A DNA stretch of 64,000 nucleotides from Callorhinchus milii (taxonomy: Eukaryota), in contig NW_024704743.1 in the NCBI RefSeq assembly GCF_018977255.1, forward strand, positions 22,322,001-22,386,000, given 5' to 3'. The position numbers and the translations under genes were made by a program. Below the pieces are notes generated by a model, which did no database searches, was not told the DNA's origin, and was given only the letters and a program-made list of their open reading frames with translations. This document shows positions 50,886-63,060 of the stretch, in pieces; the first letter of the stretch is position 1, and every line of letters starts with the position of its first letter.

Positions 50886-51899
50886 AATAGTGAGACAGTG
50901 CTGTATCACAGGGCATTATAACAGGCTTCCCTATATGCACCACCTATCAAGTGTAGAAACTGTACTTTCAGTTTGCTGCAGTACATTTGTCCGCAGGTTA
51001 TGAAGTGAACAGAAATGGACTATTATAGACTATTCCATATCATAGTTCTGGGAAAGAGATGAGAAGAGTATTTTATTGTACAATATGATGACAGTTTTGC
51101 TAATTCTTCTCTGACGGATATAGTGTTTTGGGATAAGGCGGGGAGGAGAAGGTTAAGCAAACAAACAGTCCAAACACTATTTAGAACTCCTCGGCTCGAA
51201 CTTAGTGGCATTCAGCATCACAATAATTAAAGCTGGTCTATTTGCAACCTCCCCTCTGGGGCTCTGTTTGTGACAATTTGAAGTTGCATTCCACCTAAAT
51301 GGAAATCTCTGTAGATCAAATGAATACCACAACCCAAAAATACTCACTGCTCCACATGAATTATGGAAACAAACAATTTAAAACTGCATTTTATTTGACA
51401 AACATCTCAACAAGTCCAATTTAGTAGGAGGAGGTGATAGTGGGAGTGGGGAGGGTTGCGGTTGAGAAAATAGAGAGAAAAAATTAGTTTTTTCCTCCTA
51501 CATTTTGCACATTTACTTTTCATGCTCGTTTTTTTTGTATATGAATCATCTCTCTCTCTTTTTCCCCTTCCCCACGGGGCTCTACGTTTCCCATAGCAGA
51601 CTGCATCAGATGATACTGTATTTCGCTTCTTATATAGTTCTCTTCCAAAAGAAGGTATGGTCTCAGCTACAATCACAGAATGCGAGGGAGACAGATGGGC
51701 TTCTCCATCCTCTCTTTTTCCTACTCTCATGAGGCATTGCGGGCATAGATTGACTGCTCCCTCCACCCATCATCATAGACTGACCAGAGACTGACCACCA
51801 TCATAGACTGACCAGCCTGAACACTCCACCATCATAGACTGACCACTCCATATATATATATATACAAGCCCGTAGTATAAATGTTAACCCTGCAAACCA

Positions 51900-52240
51900 A
51901 AGCAACAACTTTCTTAAACCTTACCAACCCACCCACTCCCTCTGCTTGACAGCACTGGGCTGCTTCACAGCCACTGCCATGCCCACCCCACCATCAGTGT
52001 CGGGCTTTTAGCCTCTCTGCCACCACCCTCTGGAACTCCATCCCAAAGTCCCTTCATCTTTCCTGGCCTCCTTCAAGTTCCGTCTTAAAACCCTTGCTCT
52101 TTGACCGTGTCTTTGGTCATCTTTCCCCCACACCCCCTTGACCCCCACCCCTCTCAAATGCCCCCCCAGCTTGGGTTCAAACCCTCACTGGGACGTCCTC
52201 CCGAGATGAAAAATGCTATATAAATGCAATTTGTTGTAGT
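51900..52240 (+). mobile_element. L2 3' end fragment
   Basis: ctctggaactcc...ctctttgaccgtg...; tail gggacgtcctcccgagatgaaaaatgctat. Confidence 0.8.
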
Positions 52241-53352
52241 ATTCCCTACTAGTTATACACAATCTTATGCGACTTCTGATGGAGACAAATAACCTTTTTT
52301 AAAGCACGTTATCACCACTTTGTATCTCAAATATTTGTCTCTCAGTATCTCAAAATGTTTACAAGTAATCTCAGTCAAGTGCAGTGACTGCGTTTGTAGG
52401 CAAATGCCACAGTGAATGATTGCGGAAAGGAGAGTACAAGACAGTGTGATGAGCTTAATGCAACATTTGCCACAAAGAAATCCAAACAGAGAGCTAAAGC
52501 TTGAACGTGCGAGAAGCAGCAGCGATGGTGAGGAGCAACAACCACAACTTACATTTATATAGCAAGGCAGCGCCCCACAGTGCTCGAAGCACTGTCTCTA
52601 ATTGAATCGCTAACTCGACCACTCGCCCTGTATAAAGCGTTCAGTCCAGCTCAGCTGCAGGAACTAACACTGCAGTCAAGAGCAAAGGTCTGGATTGTAA
52701 CCTGAGGCAGCGGGCAACACAACAAACTCTTTGGATCAGAGAGCGGTGCTGACACTGCGATAGCCTATCACTGTACCTGCTGTCGTTTCTGCTTCAATAC
52801 CCTCTGTCGGGAACTTGCTCAGACACTTTTCTGCAGCAACAAAGATCTCAGTCCCAAATGCACAACCGCTGGCTGAGCAGCAACAGAAGCAACTGAAAGT
52901 TGGATTAGTTTACAAAAGGTGAAGGACTCAAAACAGAGCACACAAGAGCCTACTTTAAGCTGAGTGCAGGTCGCTGACAGAAGCCGGCTGCTGACACAGG
53001 AAGGAATGCATTAGAAAGTGATGCCTTTCATCAGCCCAATAATTGCCATGACTGTAATTGAATCCGCGATTACCCTGGGAACACTGTCCAGGAACGCCAC
53101 CTTTATAATAATAACGTTCATCTCAGATTTTCTGGCGCTTAAAAATAAAACCTCATCTCTGGGGTGTGGTCTCACTTACAAGTGTTAGTTTGAAATGAGG
53201 ACCTGCCCGCCCTTTTCACTCTAGAGGCAGCGAGAGATGCCAGATCAGCAGTCGCTCAATCAGTTTTGGCCAAAACAAAGTGGCCTCCCACCGGTCGGTC
53301 CTCTTTCACTGATTAATCCGCTCCCATCCTCTCCATTCATATCACTTTGGGC

Positions 53353-53733
53353 AGTCCTGTAGTTCAGTGGTTAGAGCACTAACCATGCAAGCGAGAGACC
53401 CGGGTTCGATTCCCGGCAGGGTGAAACCTTGGGCAAATTTCCTTACTCCACATGCCTGATAATAATCCCTCGAGAAAAAAAAAGCAATAACAATTTGGTC
53501 ACTCAATCCTCGACTGTTTGTGAGACGCTGCTGTGCACAATTGGCTGCCGCATTTCACCCACAAATAAAACAACAACAAAATTACATTTATAGAGCGCCT
53601 TTCACGTCGGAAGGACGTCCCAAAGCGTTGTCAATATACGGCCTAGTCACGTTGCAGTATATTCTATGAAGCGCTTTGAGACGTCTAGAAGACATGAAAA
53701 GCACTATATCAAATGCAAGGATTATTATTATTA
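53353..53733 (+). mobile_element. Full-length tRNA-SINE with an antisense L2-tail insertion (~53569-53632)
   Basis: Head, core and tail as in other copies; inserted aacaacaac...gacgtcccaaagcg. Confidence 0.88.
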
Positions 53734-55048
53734 TCACCATCAGCACAGGGCTTGACTAAGTACCTCAGGGACAGCTCTCGTGCATTGACAGGTACACTCC
53801 CTCCTCAGCCAGTGGCTGCCTCAAGCAAAGGAGAAAGCAGTTTGACAAAAGCAAAAGACAACAACAACAACAACAAAATCACATTTGCATAGTGCTTTTC
53901 ACGTCGGGAGGATGTCCCAAGGTGCTGAGACAAAAACATGGGAAGCGGGGAGGTGATGTTTGCCATTTAGATATTTGCTGGTGCAATGAAAACCCACAAG
54001 TTACTCATTCTGTTTATTTATGTAAAGACAGAAGTGGAGAAATCCAATTAAAAAGTGGTGCAAGACACAGCTTAGCTAGGTTTAGCTTCAGCGTCCGTTT
54101 ACGTAAAGGTTACACACTGCCACTAACAGAATTGTGCAGGGTGTGGGAGAGGGGGAGGGGGCAAGAGAACAGGAAAGAGGAAGTAAAGTATTTCTCTCAC
54201 TCACAAGGCATCCTCCAGGCTTGAGGTTTCAAACACTCCAGCTACCAATAAGTGAAACACTTCCCCCTCGTTTCTGATGCTTTGCAACTCCCAAGGTGGT
54301 CACAAGAAGCATTCGGTTGTAAATTGGCTGCCACATTTACTTACAACTGCACGGTCACTATGCAAAGCCCCAATACAGCCAATGCTGTGTTTGACAGCAA
54401 CCACCTGTGAATTCTTTGAGACATCATCAAATGCAGAGGCCTGTTTCATTTAAGTTAGTAATGCTGTCATTTGCAAAGGTGTGTATTGACATCAGAGTGT
54501 GATGTCCACTAGATAACACCGACCGGGCAGGGAGGTTCGATCGGCAAGGTCCCATACACAGCGGCTTTCCAGGCTGTCGAGAGTATCGAGACCTGCAACT
54601 CCCCTTTTTCACCATTGCGTGGGTGCACGCAGTTACACACCCACTCTGCAACACACCGTAACAGACCCACTGTATAACAAACCCACTCACGCACTGAACA
54701 GTATCACATGAACTCACATATTGAAACAGACTAACTCTCACGCTGAAATGAGCTGTGACGCTCTGTACCACATAAACACACACAGATTCAGCAGATTTAA
54801 CCAGATTCTTCTTGAAAATCCAACCGATCATCTTCCCATTACAGCATCAGCTGCACTTCACCCACAACATATACAGTCAATTCACTTTCGAAGACGTGAT
54901 AAAGCGCTATATCAAATGCAAGCATTATTATATTATATAAAGTACATTCTGGGGCTGTCCTAAACTTGCCTTGTACAATTATTATTTTTAGCAATCAGAG
55001 CTCGGATTTATTGTATACACTTGGAATTAACACACTGAAGTACTCAAC

Positions 55049-55370
55049 AGTCCTGTAGCTCAGTGGTTAGAGCACTTGCTTTGCAAGCAAGACACCTGGG
55101 TTCAATTCCAGGCAGGGCGAAACCTTGGGCAAGTTTCCTTACTCCACACAGAGCCTAATAATAATCCCTCCAAAAACCCAAAACAATAATAAATTGGTCA
55201 TTTTCAATCTACGACTGTTTGTGGGACATTGCTGTGCGCAATTGGCTGCCGCGTTCGCCCACAAATATACAGTCAATTCACTTTACAGTATATTCTGTGA
55301 AGCGCTTTGGGACGTCCTCCCGACGTGAAAAGCGCTATATCAAATGCAAGGATTATTATTATTATTATTA
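55049..55370 (+). mobile_element. Young tRNA-SINE, possible TSD AACAGT
   Basis: Near identical to the 1963 and 46084 copies; aacagt at 55046 and 55370. Confidence 0.92.
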
Positions 55371-55619
55371 ACAGTGCCATATAAGGACAGCTCGGGAGGC
55401 TCAGAAACAAACACACGTTCACCATGTCATGAAGGATGTAAGGGCCAGCCAGCCGTCCATCTATTTAGCATCGAAAGACTGTGCTTTTCGAGATGGCTGA
55501 CTGACAAACAAACAAAGCACATGCAATATTTCACATCAGGCTCAGGGCACAGCAGAAGTGTGCATACGAGTGTTCACTTGCTCACAACTACCTTCGTATG
55601 GCAAGAGAGGTGATCAGCA

Positions 55620-55890
55620 ACGTTCAAATAACCAAATCCAGATGAGTGAGCCAGTGGATAGTTTCGGAAGCGGCTTGGTGTAAGTCATGCCAGTAAATGA
55701 TCCAAGCAGGCACTGATTTTACAATGTAGTTCTTAGTCTGCGACTGGTGGCCACAGTCCCATTGTGCGTTGTCTCTCCCCCTCCAGAGGTGTAAGAGATG
55801 ACCGCGTCTGTCATGTGATGTTTTGAAATAGTTCAATGACGATCATTGTTTCTGGGGTGGGTTGAAGCCTGGAAGTTCTTTTGTGAAGTC
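55620..55890 (-). mobile_element. Vingi/Ingi-like non-LTR retrotransposon C-terminal relic
   Basis: LPGFNPPQKQ*SSLN.FKTSH.R..HLLHLW...WDCGHQSQT..YIV...HQA..ETIHWLTHLDL resembles the degraded CCHC-bearing C-terminus of Vingi/Ingi ORFs. Confidence 0.6.
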
Positions 55891-55974
55891 AGCAATCTGG
55901 CATTTGTTTAGGACCATTAGTATTATCCCAAAACTCTTTCCAGTATACCTCAGGATTGAATGAAGGCACTTTAA

Positions 55975-56758
55975 GAGGATGCACACTCCACCTCATCGAG
56001 CCAGTCCGGTATCTTTGGTACCTTGTTTGACCTTCAACTGTCCTTTCTACCCCACATCCGTGGCATGATCTGCTTTGCCTTCCTCCACCTCCGCAACATC
56101 GCCCAGCTACCGCCACTGTTTCACACCATAGGCCATCGGGACCTTCACATACGCATTCATAACACCCAGGCTCAACTACGCAAACTCCCTGCTTGTCGGC
56201 CTCCCCAACTTCTCCCTCCAATGGCTGCAGATCATCCAGAGCTCTGCAGCCCGTGTCCCCTCCCGCACTAGGCTCCGTGACCCTGTCACCCCCATCCTCG
56301 CCCGACTCCACTGGCTTCCCATCACACAGAGGATACAGTTCAAGATCCTGGTCTTCATTTTCAAAGCACTCCATGGCCTTGCTCACCTCCTACCTCTGTG
56401 ACCTCGTAACCCCTTACCATCCTGCCCGTTCCCTTCGCTCAGCAGGCTCTGGCCTGCTTCATGTCTCCCGTCTCGCCCCCCCCCACCATCGGCGGGCGGC
56501 CTTCCGCCACTCGGCACCCACACTCTGAACTCCATCCCGCAGTCCCTCTGCCTCACCCCCTCCCTTGCCTCCTTCAAGACCCATCTCAAGACCTTCCTCT
56601 TTAACCGTGCCTTCGGTCACCCTCCTTCCGCCCCCTGCCCTCCACCCTCTCCAATGCCAACCCTCAGCTCGGGTCGAAACACTGATTATCCAGCGCCTTG
56701 GGACATTCCCCAGATGTGAAAGGCGCTATACAAATGTCATTTTGTTGTTGTTGTTGTT
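55975..56758 (+). mobile_element. L2 3' fragment
   Basis: FDLQLSFLPHI...LRNIA, LHWLP-type region, FKTHLKTFLF, (TTG)n tail. Confidence 0.92.
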
Positions 56759-57009
56759 AAGAGCATTAGTCCACACGCACTCTGTAATATACTTACTCAC
56801 TTACTGATGTGGACTTCTGGATGTGTGCCTAGGTATAGCCCTGCAGGAACAGGGGAGATAACAGGGTTGAGGAAGTCTCCCACAGACTTGCTCAGACAGC
56901 TGTAGGCAGAGCATGTTGTGCAACCAATTACAAGAGGAACATAGTCTGGTTATCACACAATCTCTATTGTCAGCATTTGGATGACTAGGGCTCTTTTACA
57001 CAAAACAGC

Positions 57010-57460
57010 AACGCCTCACCATACAGGAGGTAGATAAGATGCTAAATGACAACTGGAAAATAAACCCAGAGCAATGTGCTCCGGTGCTCCTAGACAGCGA
57101 GACGGGAGGGCAGAGATTCAGGCTAGTGTAGAGCAATTTATAAACAAACAATGTTAAGTATTTCTTCACCCAGAAAGTGATCATGAACTGGAACAGCTCA
57201 CCAAGAAGATCCAACAACAACAACTTGCATTTACATAGCGCCTCTCACGCAGAGAGTTTGACTGTGGCGGAGCAACACTCCGAGCCATGGGCTAGGCGGA
57301 GGTGACTGTAAGCACGGTCCAAGAGGAATGTCTTCAGGTGCGACCTGAAGATGGGGAAGGAGGGGGAAAGGCAGAGGGATTGAGAGAGAGTGTTCCAGAT
57401 TTTCAGGGAGTAGTCGTTGAAAGCACGGAACCCAATGGTGGAACGTAGAGCATGAAGGCC
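57010..57460. mobile_element. Old CR1 fragment (+, 57010-57210) followed by an L2 3' end (-, 57213-57460)
   Basis: ttcttcacccagaaagtg...tggaacag; FRSHLKTFLLDRAY. Confidence 0.7.
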
Positions 57461-58139
57461 AATTAAAGTCCCAAACCTCACAGTTTCCTGCTTGAGTTGG
57501 GGTTTTTTCAGCGTGGCTGACAGAACTTTTCGGGCAGCCTATGGCAAGCCAGCCATCTGGAAGTGCTTGTTTCATCCACATCCTTGTATCGTGGGGCTTT
57601 GGCAAAGAGCTGAAATGAAATCTTTTCATTTTATTAAACCAGATTGTATTTCTTCTCCAATCAGCACAAGGTCAGAGCTGGAATTCTCTCCCCTCGTGTC
57701 ACTTACTGTCTTGCTGTTCTCTGAATCCTTTCTAATGCACCAATGTCCTTTTGAAGGCAGGATGCCCACAACTGTGTGCAAGCTGTCATTCTACACCCCA
57801 GAGGTAGGGGTTGCAATCCCAGGAATCACAATCCCAGGATCTGGCTTGCTAACGGTGCTCCTAAAATCCTGGGATTTATAGAAAATAATCCTGGGTATTT
57901 GGGGTATCGGGCTGAGCCCTGGCGGAAGGGTAGGATGATCATTTCCAAGGTTGTAGCACACAAATGGAATTTGTTGTGATTGGGTCATTAATAAATATGC
58001 ACTGTGTCAATGCATCAATGGAAATCCCAAATCAATTTCAATAAATAAATTCAGTCTTTCAAGAAGGGAAATAACTTAGAAGTTTGACTGAGATTTAAAT
58101 TGTTGACGTCAGAGGCTTGTGGGTCTCCAAAGAAACGAC

Positions 58140-58715
58140 GCAGCAATTGCTGCACAGCAATGTCACACAACCAGTCGTGAAGCCAATGCCAACTTTGTCT
58201 GGAGGACTGTTGGCCAGGACTCAGGAAATTACTCCCTTCTCTTGTCAGTGTCACAAGATCTTTAAAAATCTGGAGGGTGGATCAGTAACCAGAGGACACA
58301 GATTTAAGATGATTGGCAAAAGAACCAGAGGGGAGGCAAGCAGAATTTTTACCCATAGAGGTGTTACGGTCTGGAATACATTGCTTGAAAAGGTGGTGGA
58401 AGCAAATTCGATAGTAGCTATTAAAAGGGAATTAGACAGGTACTGAAAAAGAAAAAAAATTGCAGGGCTATAGGGTAAGAGCGGGGGAGTGGGCCTTGTT
58501 AGTGCTCTTTCGAAAAGTAGGCACAGACACAATGGGCCGAATGGCCTCTTTCTGTAAGATTCTATGATCCCGTAAGTCCACCCATGCGGGCAAACCGGAC
58601 CTCTGTTTAACATCATACCTGCACTAGAATGTCAGCCACTAACCCAGTCTCGATGTGGGGCTTGACCGGACAATCTTTTGAGCCATTGATGAGAGTGCTA
58701 ACAACTGAGACAAGA
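58140..58715. mobile_element. Deu-SINE (-) split by a CR1 3' end (+, ~58250-58570)
   Basis: TRGHRFK...WNTL CR1 end with ATTCTATG; SINE pieces on both sides. Confidence 0.8.
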
Positions 58716-61700
58716 TGAGCTTAAAGGAGTTAAGTGGTTGATGTTCATAACTCATTTGATTTTCACTCCTGTCGTTTAAGAAGTCATCAGAATCACTAGA
58801 CTGAATTTCTGCCTTATTCTGACTCCTGCCCTTTTCCCTGGAGCACAAAATCATGGAGCACTCACCACCAACAAGTAAATATCCATTCATTTCACATGAC
58901 AAAGTGTGTCTGTCACTAATCACCACTCAAAGCATACATTCATGTCACTTTTTTCATACTTTTACTATTGCAATTCATCTGGAATTCATAGGAAAAATTT
59001 ACTTGGAGATCAGTGTTCCGAATTAGTTTCCATTCCTGACATTTCTATTCATCACAAATTCAACCCGATGGAGACAAAAACACAACATGGTACATTTGTC
59101 GATACCATTTTAAAAAAAATTCTCACAATGGCAAGGCCAGCCGTTATAGTCGGGAGATTAACCGCACCTTTTTTTTTCAGTGGCAGCCAAGACCAGCGCA
59201 GTCTAAGGGCGAAAGCACACCATGCCTGTTCACTGCTTCTACCAGGATATCCTGTCAAAGAGAACCAACATTCTCTGCACAGGCCCAATTAAGATGCGTT
59301 ATAAATAGCATTGCATCTTCACCAGCCTCACCAACCGCCGCGACAGGATTCTGCACAAAAAAACATAAGCCTCCAAATGACTTACAATTTCATGTCCCGA
59401 TCGACTGAGACACGTTCGATCCCTTCTTGTGGCAAAGGAATTCAAGAAGCTGTCACGCAGCTACCAAGCTTACGACTGCAGCCCGGTAGTTTTCAAAAAG
59501 GAAGTGAGGCTTACAACACTGCACTGGTTAAAGGAAGCTGTTTAACAACTGAAGAAGGCACTGCAACGGCAAACCTGCAGCCACGGCAGGAGCAAGGCGT
59601 TCAGTTTCAAACGGCAGGCGAAACCGAGTCAATTGCTGCCATTTCAAGAACTACCCTGCTTGATAAACAAAAATAAAAAGCTTTCAGCAATTCCAAATCT
59701 ATACGTACAGAGAGAGAGACCATTTTTACTGATGAGAAACAGTTTACGAGAATTGAATGTATACATAAGCTGATTAATTGTGCGTGTGGTGTGGGTGAGG
59801 GAGAGGAATCGGACACTGCGTGCATATAAATACACACTGATTTAGTGTGTCCGCGTTTAACTTTACTCTAGGTTATGTACTTATTTTTAAAATGTTTTTC
59901 TCTCCCACCTCGAACTGACATTCTATCTTTGCAAGTCGCTGTTTGTTTCAATGCCCGGTTTAGACTGCAAGCTCTCTGATGACGTTGCCAAGGTGGGCCG
60001 ACACACAGTGATAAAGAGACATGCTCTGTGTCTGCGCCGTTGGTTGAACTCTGGACCATCCGATGCCTCTTCTGCTGAGGTCCGAGTCCGGGACTAAACG
60101 GACTCAGTCCCGGACTCAGTCACTGTGGAACCGGGAAGGTGGGGGATGTGAACGCTGAGGAGCAAAGCAGCCAGACATTCAGGAAAAGCTCCAGGTCTCC
60201 TCTCATGTCATTCATGTTGGGAGAAGACAATAAACCAGGAAAGTACCAGGAATTTCCAATATAAAGTCCAGATAATAATCATAACTAATCATAAAACAAG
60301 TGTACGGCTTTCCAGTTTATACACAGAAGGTATTGCTGCTTACTTCATAGTTCGTTAACAGTAAATGATGTTAAATGACTCTCAACTTATGCTAATGCTT
60401 CTTTTATCGACAACCGAAAAGCAGCAGCTTTAAGTGAGCTGGTTGCCAGAGTTCATGCAAGAGTAAATACATTTGATCAATAACAAACTTGCGCCCTGGA
60501 ACTGCAGGACTTCAGCACTTCTCTGCCTGGTTTGAGCTTTCTCTTTCTGTTGTGCGTTTCTCAAGATAAGAGAAACCAATGTCCGAGTCAAGCCTGAGCA
60601 GATACAGAGATAATCACTCTCTATTCTGTTCCAACAGTGAGCCTTAACCACAACCTCAGAGCAACCTCCACTGCACCAGTGAGACATTTCCTGCACTATC
60701 CACAATTGAAGTGAATAATTGCTAATTTGCCATTGATTTATGCTAAGCTGGGAGCAGTTCTGTGCTGCAGCCCCAGCCAAGGTTCAGCTAGACCAAAGTG
60801 AATTTGCTTTCACTTAGAAGTGCCAGAGACTGAACCCATTCGTCTGAGATGGGTTCAAATCAACATCTAAGGGGGGTCAAAAAGCAAGGCTCCAACTCAG
60901 CACCAAGCAATCCCAAAGAAGGTTTTTCTAACAGATCACGAGAGGTTCAGATGAAGGATATAGTATATAGGTAGAGACATATGTGCATGTGACTGCCAGG
61001 AAGGTGAAAGGCAAACAAGATGGACTTTGGTCTTTTCTTCATCTAGCATTTCTTATATCCTTATGCCCTCTGGCCTATTTGATTTCATACCAACCCTACC
61101 ATCTTGCAATTATATCATTAAGTTGTTTTTCAAATAGCTAATATTCTGGTCTCCATCCTTTCTGGGTATCCATTTGGGCTGTTCATTACCCTCTCCCTCT
61201 GTGTAAAGAAATATTTTCCAGGGTCTGTCCTCAACTTGTCCTTCAGAGCCCTGAACCTGTGCTCTCCTATCCAATTACTTTGGTGTACTGTAGCGAAATA
61301 ATTCAGCAAGACCATGTATCAAAGAAAGTAGAGCAAAGGGAGATGAAAAACCAAAGTAGCAGTCAGGGGAACAATATCCTATTGGCTAAAATAGTGCTAT
61401 TTCCTTTCAAACTACAGTGTACAATTTCCAAACTATCACTATTAGGATATCATGAGGTCCTGGTCTGCATTGTCACATGATGTGGGTTAAGATTATTTAT
61501 ACTTTAAAAATTATTTTCCAAGTATGGGATCCAAGAACAAGAATTGAACATTATGTCTATGACCTGGCCAACAGTCCCCCGAATAAAAAAGTTGGTCTTT
61601 TTTTCAGTCTGTTTGTAGGATATTGCTGTGTGCAATTGGGCTTTCGCTTTCACCTACAAATATACAGTCACTCCATTTCACAGTAAATCCTGTGTATCCC

Positions 61701-62055
61701 CTTTCATATACTCCTGAATGAAAGGCACAATACCAAATGCAAGTATTATCTCTGATAATGCAACAGAAAGTACTGTACTAAAGTATCACCCTAGACTGCG
61801 AGCTCAAAGGCTTAAAAGGCTTGAGCCATCTGACTCAGACAAGAGGTGCTACCAACTGAGCCAAGCTGACGGGTAAAGGAAGGAAGCCAGACCAACCTTA
61901 TGTGTCTGTGTAAAGGTCAGTCTCTCTTATAAGGTGAAGTTAAATACAGCAGGGAAAGCAATCATGTAAATTACAATTTTCATTTCAAACTAGGTTCAAG
62001 TTAAAAGCCGTGTTAAAACCACACACCCATTGAAAAGAAGAGATCAAATGGAAAA

Positions 62056-62250
62056 AGAGAAATGTTGGAAATCTCAAAATAGATTCAGGAAATGCGAGCA
62101 GATCAGTCAGGGTCTGAAACAGAGAGAGGTTCAGATGTGACGTGCATTCAACAAGACGAAGGGTCAAACCCAAAATGTTGACCTCGCCGTCACTTTTAGA
62201 TGCTGGTCAACCTGCTGTGCAATTTCCAAGCATTTTCTGATTTTATTTAA
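62056..62250. mobile_element. Decayed palindromic Penelope-derived element
   Basis: Right arm resembles 47791-47890 (gacgaagggtc..accc.aaatgttgac...agatgctg...); left arm is a diverged inverse. Confidence 0.55.
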
Positions 62251-62759
62251 AAAATTTCCCATGGCTCAACATGTTCCAAGGACAAAATATACAACAAGCA
62301 TATAATAGTGCTTCTATTTAAATATAGCATTACCAGCAGGACATCAGAACACAGAAAACATACAAGCGCTTTATAACCAGCCTGACTTGCTTCACTGTGT
62401 GCATCACATTATTCATTCTCCTCTCTGAGAAAGCACGCTTCATGCATGGGCAAATCACCCATTTATAATAATTCACACTGGCTGAAGAACTTCCTAGTAA
62501 TCAACTGGGAATAATCTCTCACTCAGACAGAGATACTGAGCCAGTCATTGCACGCACTGAGATCATCCACACACATCAACCACTCACTGACAAAGCCATC
62601 CGCACAGAGACGTAAACCTCACCATCACTCACAAATGCATTGGTTAAGAGAATGATTAGAAAACAAAATGATTTGTACCCTGTTACCTTACCTTTAGAAC
62701 ACTGTTACCCTGTTACCTTACCAAAGAACACTTTGGGCCTACTTCACTGATGTACCACC

Positions 62760-63060
62760 TAAACCCCTCAATTGGATCGTTTACCATTTACTGTCTTATA
62801 CATGACCCATCTGAACACCTTGATTAGATCACTGCCCTATAATCACTCCCTGGTATCTGCTATTATATACACAACACTTCCTAGGTTAGATCATTCCCTG
62901 TGATCATTCCCATATATCTACTTTTCTATACATACACACAATCTGCATCCTCCAATTAGATTACTGTTTTATAATCACTCCTGGCTATCTACTGGATTAT
63001 TGTACATGTAAGCAATCTGCTTCTAACTATTCCCACATATCTACTGTTCTGTATATAACC
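62760..63060 (+). repeat. Degenerate ~60-70 nt minisatellite
   Basis: Recurring ttagat(c/t)a...taatcactcc...tatct(a/g)ct...tatacac units. Confidence 0.6.

Noticed and set aside
51771..51845. CRISPR-like repeat-spacer look
   Set aside because: Vertebrate intron, 16-nt repeats, spacers of 12-15 nt derived from the repeat, and no cas genes.
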